Shown here in pieces: positions 19,501-28,117 of a DNA stretch of 64,000 nucleotides. The DNA lies in the NCBI GenBank assembly GCA_002687355.1, contig NYZZ01000041.1, positions 38,156 through 102,155 of the forward strand, given 5' to 3'. Positions within the stretch are counted from its first letter, which is position 1, and each line of letters starts with the position of its first letter. Position numbers and translations under genes: made by a program. The notes under the pieces are model-generated. The model worked only from the letters and a program-made list of their open reading frames with translations, had not been told where the DNA came from and did not search any database. This DNA is from Methanobacteriota archaeon. GTDB lineage: Archaea; Thermoplasmatota; Poseidoniia; MGIII; CG-Epi1.

Positions 19501-20649
19501 ATGCATTAGGGAGACCGTAACGCCAGCTCCATTGCTCATCGATTCGCCGCTGTCCCACTCCAGTCGGGTCAGCAGCGAGGAGCCGCTAAGTTCTAGCACA
19601 TACAAGTCACCGTTTCCGACGGCGACCACTAACTCCGGGTTGTCGTTGCTGAAGCCGAGGTCAACTGCTTCTAGCCCGTACGCCGCCTTCAGATCGGTTC
19701 GCTGTACCTCTGGATGGCCGTCTAATAATTCCCCATCACGAAACACAGCTAACTTGTCAGCGCATCCAACGACTAGCTCGTCAATGCCACTGCCGTCTAG
19801 ATCGGCCGCCAGCAGGCCGTAGCAGTAACCGTCTAACGACTCGCCACCGAATTTGTAGCGCCATTGCCGGTCACCAGTTTGCCCATCGAAGACGCCGACC
19901 CAGCCCTGCTTGGTGCCAACCGCGATTTCTAGCGCGGGATCGCTGTCGAGCTGCCCCATCGTGATGCCCCAGACGTTCTCAATCTGCTGGTTATTGAAGT
20001 CCTCTTGCAGGTCTCGGTTCCACTCTGCTTCATCTGGGAAGACTTCTTTGTCCTCGTAAATCTCGGGAGTTACCGCGTCAACGACCCACAGACGCCCCAA
20101 ATCGGCCCCCACAGCCAGCTCAGGGCGACCATCACCATCCAGGTCGCCTGCTGCCAGCCCGAACGGTTCCATCTCCGCGTCGGTGGGGTTGTAGCCGTTG
20201 GACCAAGCGATACCACCAGATGTCCAGTTCTCCTCCGACCGCAGTAGTACTCCGTCCAGAATGCCAACCTTGCCACCAGCCGACCACCTGTAGCCGTATG
20301 CAATCTCTAATGGATCATCATCATCCAGCTGGTCGACGATTAGTCCCCTGACGCTGCTTCCTAGGTCGACCGAGTGCAGCTGACTGCTGTATTTGCTATG
20401 AGTTGCGTTCCAGTCGAGCACGTGCAGATATCCCTGTGCGTTGCCGGCCACTAGCTCGTCGTCACCATCACCATCAATGTCGGCTGCCACGATGGAGTCC
20501 AGTGCCCCCAGCGCGGTGCCCAGCCCGGCACTCCACTGCTCGCTCAGATAGCCGCGATTGGTGTCCGAACGTGCGTCATTCCCCGCCTCGGCGGGCGGAA
20601 ACGTCGGAAGCAGTGTTAGGACAAGCAGAATCGCCAGCAGGCGTCGCAT
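16501..20649 (-). CDS. Large surface protein: signal peptide, FG-GAP/VCBS-like Ca-binding repeats, CARDB, PKD domains, TM helix, C-terminal double-CxxC zinc ribbon
   Basis: Repeated DxDGDGxxE motifs; PDLVV...FRNVG...SNN; SYDPD/SSDPDG PKD motifs; CPSC...CPHC tail. Confidence 0.85.
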   Translation of the reverse strand: MRRLLAILLVLTLLPTFPPAEAGNDARSDTNRGYLSEQWSAGLGTALGALDSIVAADIDGDGDDELVAGNAQGYLHVLDWNATHSKYSSQLHSVDLGSSVRGLIVDQLDDDDPLEIAYGYRWSAGGKVGILDGVLLRSEENWTSGGIAWSNGYNPTDAEMEPFGLAAGDLDGDGRPELAVGADLGRLWVVDAVTPEIYEDKEVFPDEAEWNRDLQEDFNNQQIENVWGITMGQLDSDPALEIAVGTKQGWVGVFDGQTGDRQWRYKFGGESLDGYCYGLLAADLDGSGIDELVVGCADKLAVFRDGELLDGHPEVQRTDLKAAYGLEAVDLGFSNDNPELVVAVGNGDLYVLELSGSSLLTRLEWDSGESMSNGAGVTVSLMHTKPWVIHGGDDGVLKAWEIDGNNDPQLVWSTEPQQGEWSPVYSLRGGQTWGVAAGDIDDDPALEVLVGCGSGQVVAFDGETHVVDWVSPVMEKLPVGIVVADVDNDNDVEIVISTGAPDEGRVDGEGSEGYLYIFDRSGNSFTQSYQSDNIDSALGLSVTELDGSTYPEIGVATGYIEYVLSGSTVTPYPHGEVRVFGYDGSSYGEEWGSGDLEEVVVGLATGNADDDAQNELVAGTASGSVRVYHASGGSYELDGDIIDTDRSEAYGLALTDVDDDGGNEILVGTAKKGDEKARVIIYNGESRALEWSREVDYGSVWGIAGGDFDNDTHSEIAWGTNGGQLWVYDGETRDYEAHTSSLSGMTAHYGGLEIADLQNDGVPEIITGSNVYLWVMTSVGQTSTPDLVVVGDDIAISWSGVGGEEPAPAESDQPNEDNDLQVNVTFRNVGGAATSEWRLTIYDGEPRSSNEVREFTCRVSEPNQPDGCQALASGAELSLELGWGYLDLDPGYHEVYAEVIDLSSQETRKSNNADFTTLNVDGVPNDAPHAVATLDTATVWVNEKVRVDARGSWDNETTDGMADADDEVPNLQYRFYAGGWTSWRNDWDEDIEFTNPGEYLIRVQVRDSRNLPSEEVVLSLTVKANSQPIAMLNGNTTSVALGEYVTFDFSTSYDPDDRADLEYRLILGDGIYSDWLEDGGVTLLYRNPIFNPDGDLDSGDLVRKSVGSGDWVFKLVNGQFLEVDNSGLTGNGYNYTLPAGNNQITYQAKLIVRELSSGLGDDDLLTSAPSDPFYVTVTRATNQPPLAMARVTVFVQGNPITSDTGIEVQTGEAVTFSAAESSDPDGDNTALSFDWTVTDPMGREVNLLNDYDKSSFSKVFNTPGTYTAAVWVEDERGERTGSNEVQVTVKAAVTTTDDGDEGGLDLMKLLGLVLLGTVLLAGGAMGIGWLRGDGGEAEFDDTVDGPLELACPSCNSTLAVHTPQRPIQVGCPHCQSQFVLRE

Positions 20650-20709
20650 GCATTGCCCGCACCGTTCCGGATATTTGTAGTTTACCGCTCTATTTCCGTC
20701 GGTAATGGT

Positions 20710-20979
20710 TCACTCCTTGGACAATCTAGTTTGCAATGCGGTGCGCAATTCGATTTCGCCTAACCCGTCCGTATTGAGGCCCAGCCGCTCCGCCGCGGCG
20801 CGTAATTGCTCTTCCTCGCTGCGCTTTCCCACAGTGCCAAGCGGAAATGCGCGGTAACCCCGGAACTCCCGCCAAGCGACACCCAGTGAACGTGCGGCGT
20901 CAGCCATTCTCTGAGGGCCAAGCAGAACCCACGCCAGCAGGCCGATGACCAGCAGCTCTAACAGGCCGGGTCCGTTCAC
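20710..20979 (-). CDS. TatA/TatB-family translocase subunit
   Basis: GxxELLVIGLLAWVLLGP-QRMADAARSLG...EFR: TM helix plus amphipathic helix. Confidence 0.8.
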   Translation of the reverse strand: MNGPGLLELLVIGLLAWVLLGPQRMADAARSLGVAWREFRGYRAFPLGTVGKRSEEEQLRAAAERLGLNTDGLGEIELRTALQTRLSKE

Positions 20980-21473
20980 GAGGCGCCAAGCGCTTGCTCC
21001 AGAAAAGCGCGCCGTTCCGCCTGCGTTGTGGCGCTGATGCCAAAATACTCGTCGAATGCTTCCGTTACGGAGAGTGCGAAGCTGCGGCCGGCGCGCTCCC
21101 GTTCAAGCATCCCTAGCTCGAGTAGCTCGCCGACATGTTCGTAGACTCGGTCGCCCAGCCGACGTTTGAGCTCCGACTGCAGCATTGGTTGTTCATGCGC
21201 CACGAGCGCCAGCGTCCGGAGCAGGTGTCCCGGGATTTCCTGCGGCGCCAGTCGGCGACCATACGTAATCGTTTCACGTCGCAGCTGCAGTGCATACTTT
21301 CCGCCCAGTCGCACCACTTCCAGTGCACTTTCACGGCCTTGGCAGGCGGCAATCAGCTCCTGCAGGGCCGCGTCCGCCGCCTTGAGAGAGAGTCCCGTAG
21401 CTTCAGCGACCTCCTGCGGCGTCAGCGGCCGGCCAGCAGAGAAGAGTGCAGCCTCAACTGCCTTGACACTCAG
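20976..21473 (-). CDS. scpB: Condensin kite subunit ScpB (probable CTG start)
   Basis: VEAALFSAGRPL N-terminus read upstream of the ORF-track start; LRTLALVAHEQP, TEAFDEYFG. Confidence 0.9.
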   Translation of the reverse strand: MSVKAVEAALFSAGRPLTPQEVAEATGLSLKAADAALQELIAACQGRESALEVVRLGGKYALQLRRETITYGRRLAPQEIPGHLLRTLALVAHEQPMLQSELKRRLGDRVYEHVGELLELGMLERERAGRSFALSVTEAFDEYFGISATTQAERRAFLEQALGAS

Positions 21474-22312
21474 CCTGCAGCCTCCCGATTTCGCACGTAA
21501 ATCGAGTGACTGCGCAAGTCCTTCTGCTGGATATCTATGCGGCCTTCCCGCGCCAGGAAAAGCGATCCAACGAAGGTGCGCACGAGGCTGGCGCGCTCGG
21601 GCACATCAACCAGGTCACCAAGCGGAATCGGTTTGCCATTCAGGGTGTTGATTTTCTGCCACACTTGCTCTTTGTAGAGCGTTGGATCGTCGTTATGGAT
21701 TTTATCTGCGAGGTGGCTAGCGCGGTCGTCCAGTACGGTTTGACGTGCCTCGCGCAGTTGCTTTCGTCGCTCTAGTCGCGCGCGGCGCGCCAGTTCCACC
21801 TGCCGTGCATCCTCGAGCGCGCCAACTAGCTCCATCAGCGTCACTCGCCGTTCACCGCGGAACCGCACCGTCTCCTCCAACGGCGGCTCGGCCGCCATAT
21901 CGAGTTGCTCAGCATAGGTAGGTTCCCATCCGAAGTCGAACGGAGCCCACTCCGCCTCTGGCTCTGGAAGCGGCTCGCTCGCCTCGACCGCGCCCGCCGA
22001 GCGCAGTCGTAGCACGTCCCAAGCCCATCCTAGGATAGCGCCTGCGAGTGGCAAGTCCAGCGCGCCTGCTCTGAGCGCGTGGTTCTGATATTCCTGCAGC
22101 ACTAGACCGAGGTCGAGCTGCCATGGGTCCAGCTCATGCTCGCGCACTAGCTGGAACAGCACTGCGATGCTCCTGGCAAGTGGATCCTCAATGGCCGTGA
22201 TTTCCGCCCCCGCCTCTGAAGCCTGCGCCAACTCCAGGTAGCCGTCAACCCGCTCCGTGTCGCCGCCAACGATGGCCTTGTGAAACAGCAGATGGTTCTC
22301 GACCAAGCTCAC
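21470..22312 (-). CDS. scpA: Condensin kleisin subunit ScpA
   Basis: LDPWQLDL, RRVTLMELVGAL, FVGSLFLAREGRI; between smc and scpB. Confidence 0.92.
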   Translation of the reverse strand: MSLVENHLLFHKAIVGGDTERVDGYLELAQASEAGAEITAIEDPLARSIAVLFQLVREHELDPWQLDLGLVLQEYQNHALRAGALDLPLAGAILGWAWDVLRLRSAGAVEASEPLPEPEAEWAPFDFGWEPTYAEQLDMAAEPPLEETVRFRGERRVTLMELVGALEDARQVELARRARLERRKQLREARQTVLDDRASHLADKIHNDDPTLYKEQVWQKINTLNGKPIPLGDLVDVPERASLVRTFVGSLFLAREGRIDIQQKDLRSHSIYVRNREAAG

Positions 22313-25300
22313 GCCGCTACATCCCCGACGGGCAGCGAAGCGATGAAGCTGTCAACGTCATGAATTTGATGCATGTGTGAGATTCCATCATCGGCCATGA
22401 AGACACCCAGCACGTGCGCCGCCTCGCGCAGTGCGGCATGGTGCAGGCTCACGACCAGGAACTGTGCAACCGTTGATTGCAATGCAATCGCGCGACCGAT
22501 GTGTTCGGTGTTAACTCCGTCTAGATTTTGATCAGGTTCATCGAGGAGGTAGAAGGGGCTCGGGTCGTAGCGTTGGATGGCGAAGATGAACGCCATGCTA
22601 ACGAGGGATTTTTCACCCCCAGAAAGTAATTCAATTGGGAAGAGCCGCTTGCGCGGCATGCGCGCCTTGATTGAAACGCCCCCCTCGAAAACTGAATCTG
22701 GCTTCTCCAGTTCCAGCCATGCCTTACCACCTCCAGCTAGCTCGGTAAAGGTGGCTTGGAAGTTCTCATCGATGTGTTTATAAACTTCAGTAAACCGCTC
22801 CAGTTTGCGCGCCGATATCTTGGCTTCGAGCGACTCGAGCCTTCGCACTTCCTTGCGCAACTGCTTGCGGTCTTCACGGATGCGTACCAGCCGCTCTTCC
22901 TCCTGCCTGTAGTGCTCGAGTGAGAGCATGTTAACGTTACCCAGCCGGGTGCGCTGCCCTTCGAGCGACTCCCGCTGCACTTCCAGTTGTTCCGCTCCAC
23001 CCACTTGCGAGGGTTGCTCTGCATTCTTAGGCAGCCGCTGCCGCGCTTCCACCAGCTTTGGCTCACGCACCTGGATTTCCAGTTGCAGTTCATCTATAGC
23101 TGTATGCCGACCACGGCCGAATTCTTCGCGTTGTGCCAGTGTAGTTCGTTGGTCGCCGAGCTGGTCGCGTAGGCCGTCACGTCGCTGTCGCAATCCCTCC
23201 AGCTCCTCGAATTTTTCATGTTCCTCTTGCTCTAGTGAGGTAACTTGCTGCGCCAGTTTGCGCGCTAGCTTACGTTCAGTGGCATGCTGCTGCTGGGTCT
23301 CGCGTTGGCCAGTGTTGTTTTGCTCCAGCGCGGCGGCAAGTCGCTGCACTTCCACTGTTGCTGGCACCTCTCCCGCCTCCAACCGCGCCACCTCAGCGCG
23401 TGTCTCAGCCAGTTCGTCACGTAGTGCGGTGAGCGTTTCTTGCAGCTGCGCCAGCGCCTTCGCCTCGGTACCACCGGTAAGCAGCAGTAGATGTTCGGCG
23501 GCTTGCGCAACGCTCTCGTGCTGTGCCACGATCTTGCCCTGCAGCTTTGCCAGTGCTTTCTCGCGCTGCGCCAGCTCGGTTTCCAGCGTCGCCACAGCAC
23601 CTTGGCGTGCCGCGAGTGCATCAGCTACCAGCTGCAGCTGTTCGGCGCTACGTGACACAGTTGAGTCGTAATCGGTGACGCGCGTCTGTATAGTCGCGCA
23701 CTCACTCTCCAGGGCAGCCTTTGCCTGTACTACCACTGTGAGCTCCTCGCGCAGTGTGCTGGCAGTCGCTCCTAGCTCTAGGTTGCGCGCCTGCGCTACC
23801 TTTACGCCTGTGGCCAGTTCATCGAGCGTAGCACGGTCACCGGTCGCAAAGTGTACCCGCGCCCGCGGTGACGATCCACCAGTCATTGCGCCGCCTGGCT
23901 CGAGCAGTTCACCCTCAAGTGTGACCATGCGTCCTTTGCCTAGGAGGGTGCGGGCTTCACGCAGTGAGCGCATGATGACTGTGTCACCAAAAACATTTCC
24001 AAAGGCGTCCGCGTAGCGGGAGTCAAACTGCACCAGTTCCTGCGCAAAGCCAATCGCGCCGGGTTGCTTGAGCAGCAGTAATGCGTTGGCGCGGGGGCGG
24101 TAGCGTCGTAGTTTGTTGAGTGGCAGGAATCGCACCCGCCCCAGCCGGCGTTGTTTCAGGAATTCGATGGCTGTCTCGGCCGCCGCGTCGTCCTCGACCA
24201 CTACCGACTGCATGCGACCGCCCGCTGCGACTTCTAGCGCCAGAGCGTGCTCTTCATCAACTCGCCCTAGCTCGGCAATCGTGCCTACGATGCCAGGCAA
24301 GCCGCCCGCGTCGCGCGCCGCCAGTACTCCCTGCACTGCGCGCGCGTAGCCACCCAGTTCATCTTGCGTGCGCTGCGCAGCCTGTTCAGCAGCCAGTGCA
24401 ACGCTCGCTTCGTGTAGCTCGCGTTCCGCCCCCTCGAGCGCTTCACTAATCTGTGCCAGTTCCCCGTTTAGCTTGTCGTACTTGCGCGTTACCTTGCGCA
24501 GGTTATCTGCTGCGGACTTGCGCCCTAATTGTAGATCTTGCAGATGAAAGTCGATGTCATCAACGTCAGCCTGCGCCGCCACGAGCAACTGTTCGTTACC
24601 CGTCGCCTGCTCACGCGCCTGCGTTAGCTGTAGTTCAAGTTGCTCACGCTCGCCTTCCAACCGGTGGCGCTGCATTTCCAGCGCGCCTGCAGCCTGCCGT
24701 AGCTCGTCCAGTGTAACGCGCTGGGCCTCGATTTCCTGCGATCCACTCGCAGCCGCTCCCTCCCGTTTCGCGAGCTCCGTCTCATTCTCTGCCGCTTGCT
24801 CCACGAGCGTTTCAGTCTCGCTACGAGCTGTATCGAGCGATTTGCGCAGCACCTTTAGTTCAGCAGCAGCAGCGTGATGCTCAGTACGAAGTGTCTTGCG
24901 CATTGTTTCCAGCTCCGTCAGCTGCTTTTGCGCTTGTTCTGAATTGCTTTGGGCCAGTGCCTGTGCGACGCGGGCCTCATCCAGTTGCTGCTGCAATTCG
25001 CGAGCACGGTCGCCGCCGGCGGCGGAGATATCCTCTTCTACATTTTTATATTCGTTTTCGAGAGTTCCAATAGTTGTTTGCCGCTCTTTCAGCTCCCTTT
25101 CCAGCTCTTCCAGCTCTTCTCGGTAGCGAATAACAACCTCGCGACGCGATTCTAGGGAAGCTTCTAGGTCAAGCACCTGCCGCCAGTGACGCAGCAGTTC
25201 GTTTTCTTGCAATTGCAGTAATATGGCTTCAAGCCGTTCGGCATCCCGCTTCTCGCGCTCGAGCTGCCGCAGCAGGCGCTGGACCTCCCGCATTCTCTCT

Positions 25301-25893
25301 TCCAGCAGAGCTAGATCTGCGCCCACATGTTCGCGAGCGGCACGGGTCTTTCGCAATCGCTGGTCGTAGGCAGTTATACCAGCAACATCCTCCAGTTTGC
25401 GCCGTCGCTCGGTTCCTGACATCAGCGAAGTCTGCGTGACGTCCCCTTGTTGGATAATGTTGTAGCCGGTAGCATAAAGTCCGGCACGCGAGAACAGTGC
25501 TTCAAACTCGCTTGCCGAAGAGGGCTCGTTGTTGAGTCGATAGTGGGTAACGGGCTTGCCGCCGCGTAGCTTGACGCTCTTGGTGAACTTGACAACGTCG
25601 CTCTCGATTGATAGATAGCGATCAGAGTTATCGAATAACATGCTCACTCGGCAATGCTTAGCTGCAGATTTGCGTCGCTTTCCTTCTTGGTAGCCGTAAA
25701 TCAACTGACTCAGCCGTCGTGCGCGCAGCAGTTTGGTCGAGCGCGAGCCGAGGATGAAGAGGATGGCATCGGTGATGTTGCTTTTGCCTGAGCCGTTAGG
25801 ACCAGTGATGCAAGTGAAACCGGCTCCGAGGGGAACGGTGACGTGGCCTTTGAAGGATTTAAAGTTCTCGAACTCAAGTTCGAGAAGTCGCAA
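22309..25893 (-). CDS. smc: Chromosome segregation ATPase Smc
   Basis: ENFKSF, GPNGSGKSN, Q-loop QQGD, hinge GRVRFLPL/GGAMTGG, LSGGEKS, LLDE; TTG start after GGAGG. Confidence 0.97.
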   Translation of the reverse strand: MRLLELEFENFKSFKGHVTVPLGAGFTCITGPNGSGKSNITDAILFILGSRSTKLLRARRLSQLIYGYQEGKRRKSAAKHCRVSMLFDNSDRYLSIESDVVKFTKSVKLRGGKPVTHYRLNNEPSSASEFEALFSRAGLYATGYNIIQQGDVTQTSLMSGTERRRKLEDVAGITAYDQRLRKTRAAREHVGADLALLEERMREVQRLLRQLEREKRDAERLEAILLQLQENELLRHWRQVLDLEASLESRREVVIRYREELEELERELKERQTTIGTLENEYKNVEEDISAAGGDRARELQQQLDEARVAQALAQSNSEQAQKQLTELETMRKTLRTEHHAAAAELKVLRKSLDTARSETETLVEQAAENETELAKREGAAASGSQEIEAQRVTLDELRQAAGALEMQRHRLEGEREQLELQLTQAREQATGNEQLLVAAQADVDDIDFHLQDLQLGRKSAADNLRKVTRKYDKLNGELAQISEALEGAERELHEASVALAAEQAAQRTQDELGGYARAVQGVLAARDAGGLPGIVGTIAELGRVDEEHALALEVAAGGRMQSVVVEDDAAAETAIEFLKQRRLGRVRFLPLNKLRRYRPRANALLLLKQPGAIGFAQELVQFDSRYADAFGNVFGDTVIMRSLREARTLLGKGRMVTLEGELLEPGGAMTGGSSPRARVHFATGDRATLDELATGVKVAQARNLELGATASTLREELTVVVQAKAALESECATIQTRVTDYDSTVSRSAEQLQLVADALAARQGAVATLETELAQREKALAKLQGKIVAQHESVAQAAEHLLLLTGGTEAKALAQLQETLTALRDELAETRAEVARLEAGEVPATVEVQRLAAALEQNNTGQRETQQQHATERKLARKLAQQVTSLEQEEHEKFEELEGLRQRRDGLRDQLGDQRTTLAQREEFGRGRHTAIDELQLEIQVREPKLVEARQRLPKNAEQPSQVGGAEQLEVQRESLEGQRTRLGNVNMLSLEHYRQEEERLVRIREDRKQLRKEVRRLESLEAKISARKLERFTEVYKHIDENFQATFTELAGGGKAWLELEKPDSVFEGGVSIKARMPRKRLFPIELLSGGEKSLVSMAFIFAIQRYDPSPFYLLDEPDQNLDGVNTEHIGRAIALQSTVAQFLVVSLHHAALREAAHVLGVFMADDGISHMHQIHDVDSFIASLPVGDVAA

Positions 25894-26889
25894 TCAGAAG
25901 GCCTCCAAGTGCGCCTGCCTAGGTTCGGCCGGCAGCACATCAAGATTGCCCCTGACTCCAGCATAGTGCTGCTGTCGGTACATCTTCCAGAAGCCAGAAA
26001 TAAGTCGGCCACGATCGCCGCGGTCGCCTGCGACCAGTGCCGAGAGGTAGCTGCTGCGGTCCTCACGTTGCCAGAGTGGAGTCGGCAGTCCCGCACGGGC
26101 GTACATTCCCTCAAGCAGCAGTCGCGCCACGAGTCCGTTACCCGCTGTGAAAGGTCGCAGCTGTAGCAGGCGGTGGTGGAATAGCGCTGCTCGTTCGAAC
26201 GGGTGCAGCGGCGAAGGTTCGTGCCACCACTCGAGCAACGCTTCTAGTTCATCTTCAACTAGTACCGGAGGTGGGGGAACGAACGCTGAACCAGGTAGGC
26301 TGGCACTCTCCTGCCGCAGTAGGCCGCCGTCGCCTTGCCCTTCGCGCAGTTCCTGATGCATTTTTAGGATGGTGCGTCGGTCGAGCCGTGCAACACGTTC
26401 GCCCGCTTCGCGGTGCAGCCTCCGCAGAGCAAGAAGTTCCAGCACGCGTGTCAGCGGAACACCTGCAGGCGCGCGATCATGCAGCAGAATAGCCTCGGTT
26501 TGTTCACGTGCCAGTGGCTCGGAGGTGAGTAGTAGGTTGCCATGTACTGCCTGTAGCTCGAGACGCTGTGATTCACGCGCTAGAGCTGCAGGAGGCTGTA
26601 GCCGATTCATCGCACGACGCAGGAACTTGAGACGTTGCAGTCCCTTCAGCGCTTTCAAATCAAGGTACGGAGTGCGGAACATGTCGGCCGATGCCTTCAC
26701 CATGCGCTCCACTGCAGCCAGCTCCAATTCAGGTCCGTGGACTGCCTTGAGACGCTCCTGTTCATTGTCATCCGGCTCTTCAGGACCGATATAGTGCTGC
26801 ACTTTCTCGACACGTCCATTGAACTTGAACGATTTGACGAGGTACCAGTACTGTTGCCCGCGTGTGGTCTTGCATGTAAGGTAAACCAT
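25894..26889 (-). CDS. Fic/Doc-family protein with degenerate active site and C-terminal PIP-like motif
   Basis: HPFERAALFHHRL, then RPFTAGNGLVAR instead of HPFxDGNGRxxR; ATG 26889 downstream of a TTTAAA box. Confidence 0.8.
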   Translation of the reverse strand: MVYLTCKTTRGQQYWYLVKSFKFNGRVEKVQHYIGPEEPDDNEQERLKAVHGPELELAAVERMVKASADMFRTPYLDLKALKGLQRLKFLRRAMNRLQPPAALARESQRLELQAVHGNLLLTSEPLAREQTEAILLHDRAPAGVPLTRVLELLALRRLHREAGERVARLDRRTILKMHQELREGQGDGGLLRQESASLPGSAFVPPPPVLVEDELEALLEWWHEPSPLHPFERAALFHHRLLQLRPFTAGNGLVARLLLEGMYARAGLPTPLWQREDRSSYLSALVAGDRGDRGRLISGFWKMYRQQHYAGVRGNLDVLPAEPRQAHLEAF

Positions 26890-27053
26890 AAGCTTGGGGT
26901 TATTGGTTCCACCTTTTAAAGTTTTTGGATTAAGGTTTCCAGTGAGAATATGGGCGTTGCACCACCTTTCCATAGGGAATAGAGCGTAGTGGGGGGAACT
27001 ATAGGCGTCGAACAGGAGATAGGTTTTTGGCACACTGCAGAGTTCCACCCACT

Positions 27054-27458
27054 ATGCACTTGCTCTTCGTCTGCACGGGAAACGCAGCTCGCTCGCAGAT
27101 GGCCGAAGGATGGGCGCGTCACTTGGCACCAGCAGCCCTCATTGAAAGCGGTGGCACCCATCCTGCCGGTCTCTCGAGTCGTGCCGTGGCAGTAATGGCT
27201 GAGGTCGGCATAGATATTTCTGCACAGAGCTCGAAGTCGCTCGAAGAAACGGCATGGCGCAATGCAGATATTGTAATCACGCTCTGCGGCTCTGCCCGTG
27301 AGAATTGTGTGGCGCTGCTTTGGTCATCTCATACACGGCGCAAGCACTGGCGCATAACCGATCCGGTCTCTGGCATGGCCAACGATAATCCACTGATACC
27401 TTTTCGTATGGCGCGCGACGACATTCATGCGAGACTGGAAGAATTTCTCAAAGCCTAG
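27054..27458 (+). CDS. arsC: Thioredoxin-type arsenate reductase (LMW-PTP family)
   Basis: P-loop CTGNAAR-SQMAEG, redox pair TLCGSARENC, HW.I.DP. Confidence 0.85.
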   Translation: MHLLFVCTGNAARSQMAEGWARHLAPAALIESGGTHPAGLSSRAVAVMAEVGIDISAQSSKSLEETAWRNADIVITLCGSARENCVALLWSSHTRRKHWRITDPVSGMANDNPLIPFRMARDDIHARLEEFLKA

Positions 27459-28117
27459 TGACTTGCTAACGGCAACAACGAGTTGGCTGCGCGTTCGGTT
27501 GCGTTAGCTACATCATCTAGCCGTTGTGCGACACGATACATATGTGCCGCTGCAAGTGGTGCTTCGTCACCGTGTGAGAAGACATAGGCGGCTGTCGCCG
27601 CTTCCTTCTCGTCAGCCTTGTGCTCGAGGAGGTTAACGCTGGCAATCAGTTGGTGCAATTCTTCCTTCACCTTGGTGGCAAAGCCAGACTCCATCAGTTC
27701 CTGAAGCTTTTCGACCGCCTTTGCATACTCATTCACCGTTGTCTGCACTGCCTGTGCTTGCGTCATCAGCAACTTGCGTGCTTTCGTATCTTCGAACAGC
27801 GGCCGGAAGGAGATTATTTCAGCGACATTCTCGGCATAGTCTGCGATACGGTCCTGTTGCGAGATCATGTCCAAGAAGATTTCCTTGGAGATTGCGAGTC
27901 TCACGCTGCCACGCATCACCTCACGCAGTTCATTCTTGAGATCATCAGCCTCCAACTCGGTCTTTGAGGTGGCCCCAATTGCCTCACTCGCATCACCATC
28001 TTCGCAGGCCACCGCGACGCAGCGCTCCATATGTTCGACTGTCTCGAGCGCCTTGGCAGCGTGACGGTAGTAAGTCTCGAAAACGCTGGGTCCGACGCGA
28101 CTCTCGAAAAACTTCAT
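27455..28117 (-). CDS. DUF47 (PhoU-like) Pit accessory protein
   Basis: ELEADDLK, QDRIADYAE, EHKADE, LDDVAN; overlaps pit. Confidence 0.88.
   Translation of the reverse strand: MKFFESRVGPSVFETYYRHAAKALETVEHMERCVAVACEDGDASEAIGATSKTELEADDLKNELREVMRGSVRLAISKEIFLDMISQQDRIADYAENVAEIISFRPLFEDTKARKLLMTQAQAVQTTVNEYAKAVEKLQELMESGFATKVKEELHQLIASVNLLEHKADEKEAATAAYVFSHGDEAPLAAAHMYRVAQRLDDVANATERAANSLLPLASH

Noticed and set aside
20976-25893. Wadjet/MksBEFG defence system
   Set aside because: Canonical Smc with hinge and ordinary ScpA/ScpB; no JetD-like toprim nuclease
26890-27048. N-terminal extension of the Fic-like protein
   Set aside because: Runs through the TATA-like box and intergenic hairpin; ATG 26889 fits better
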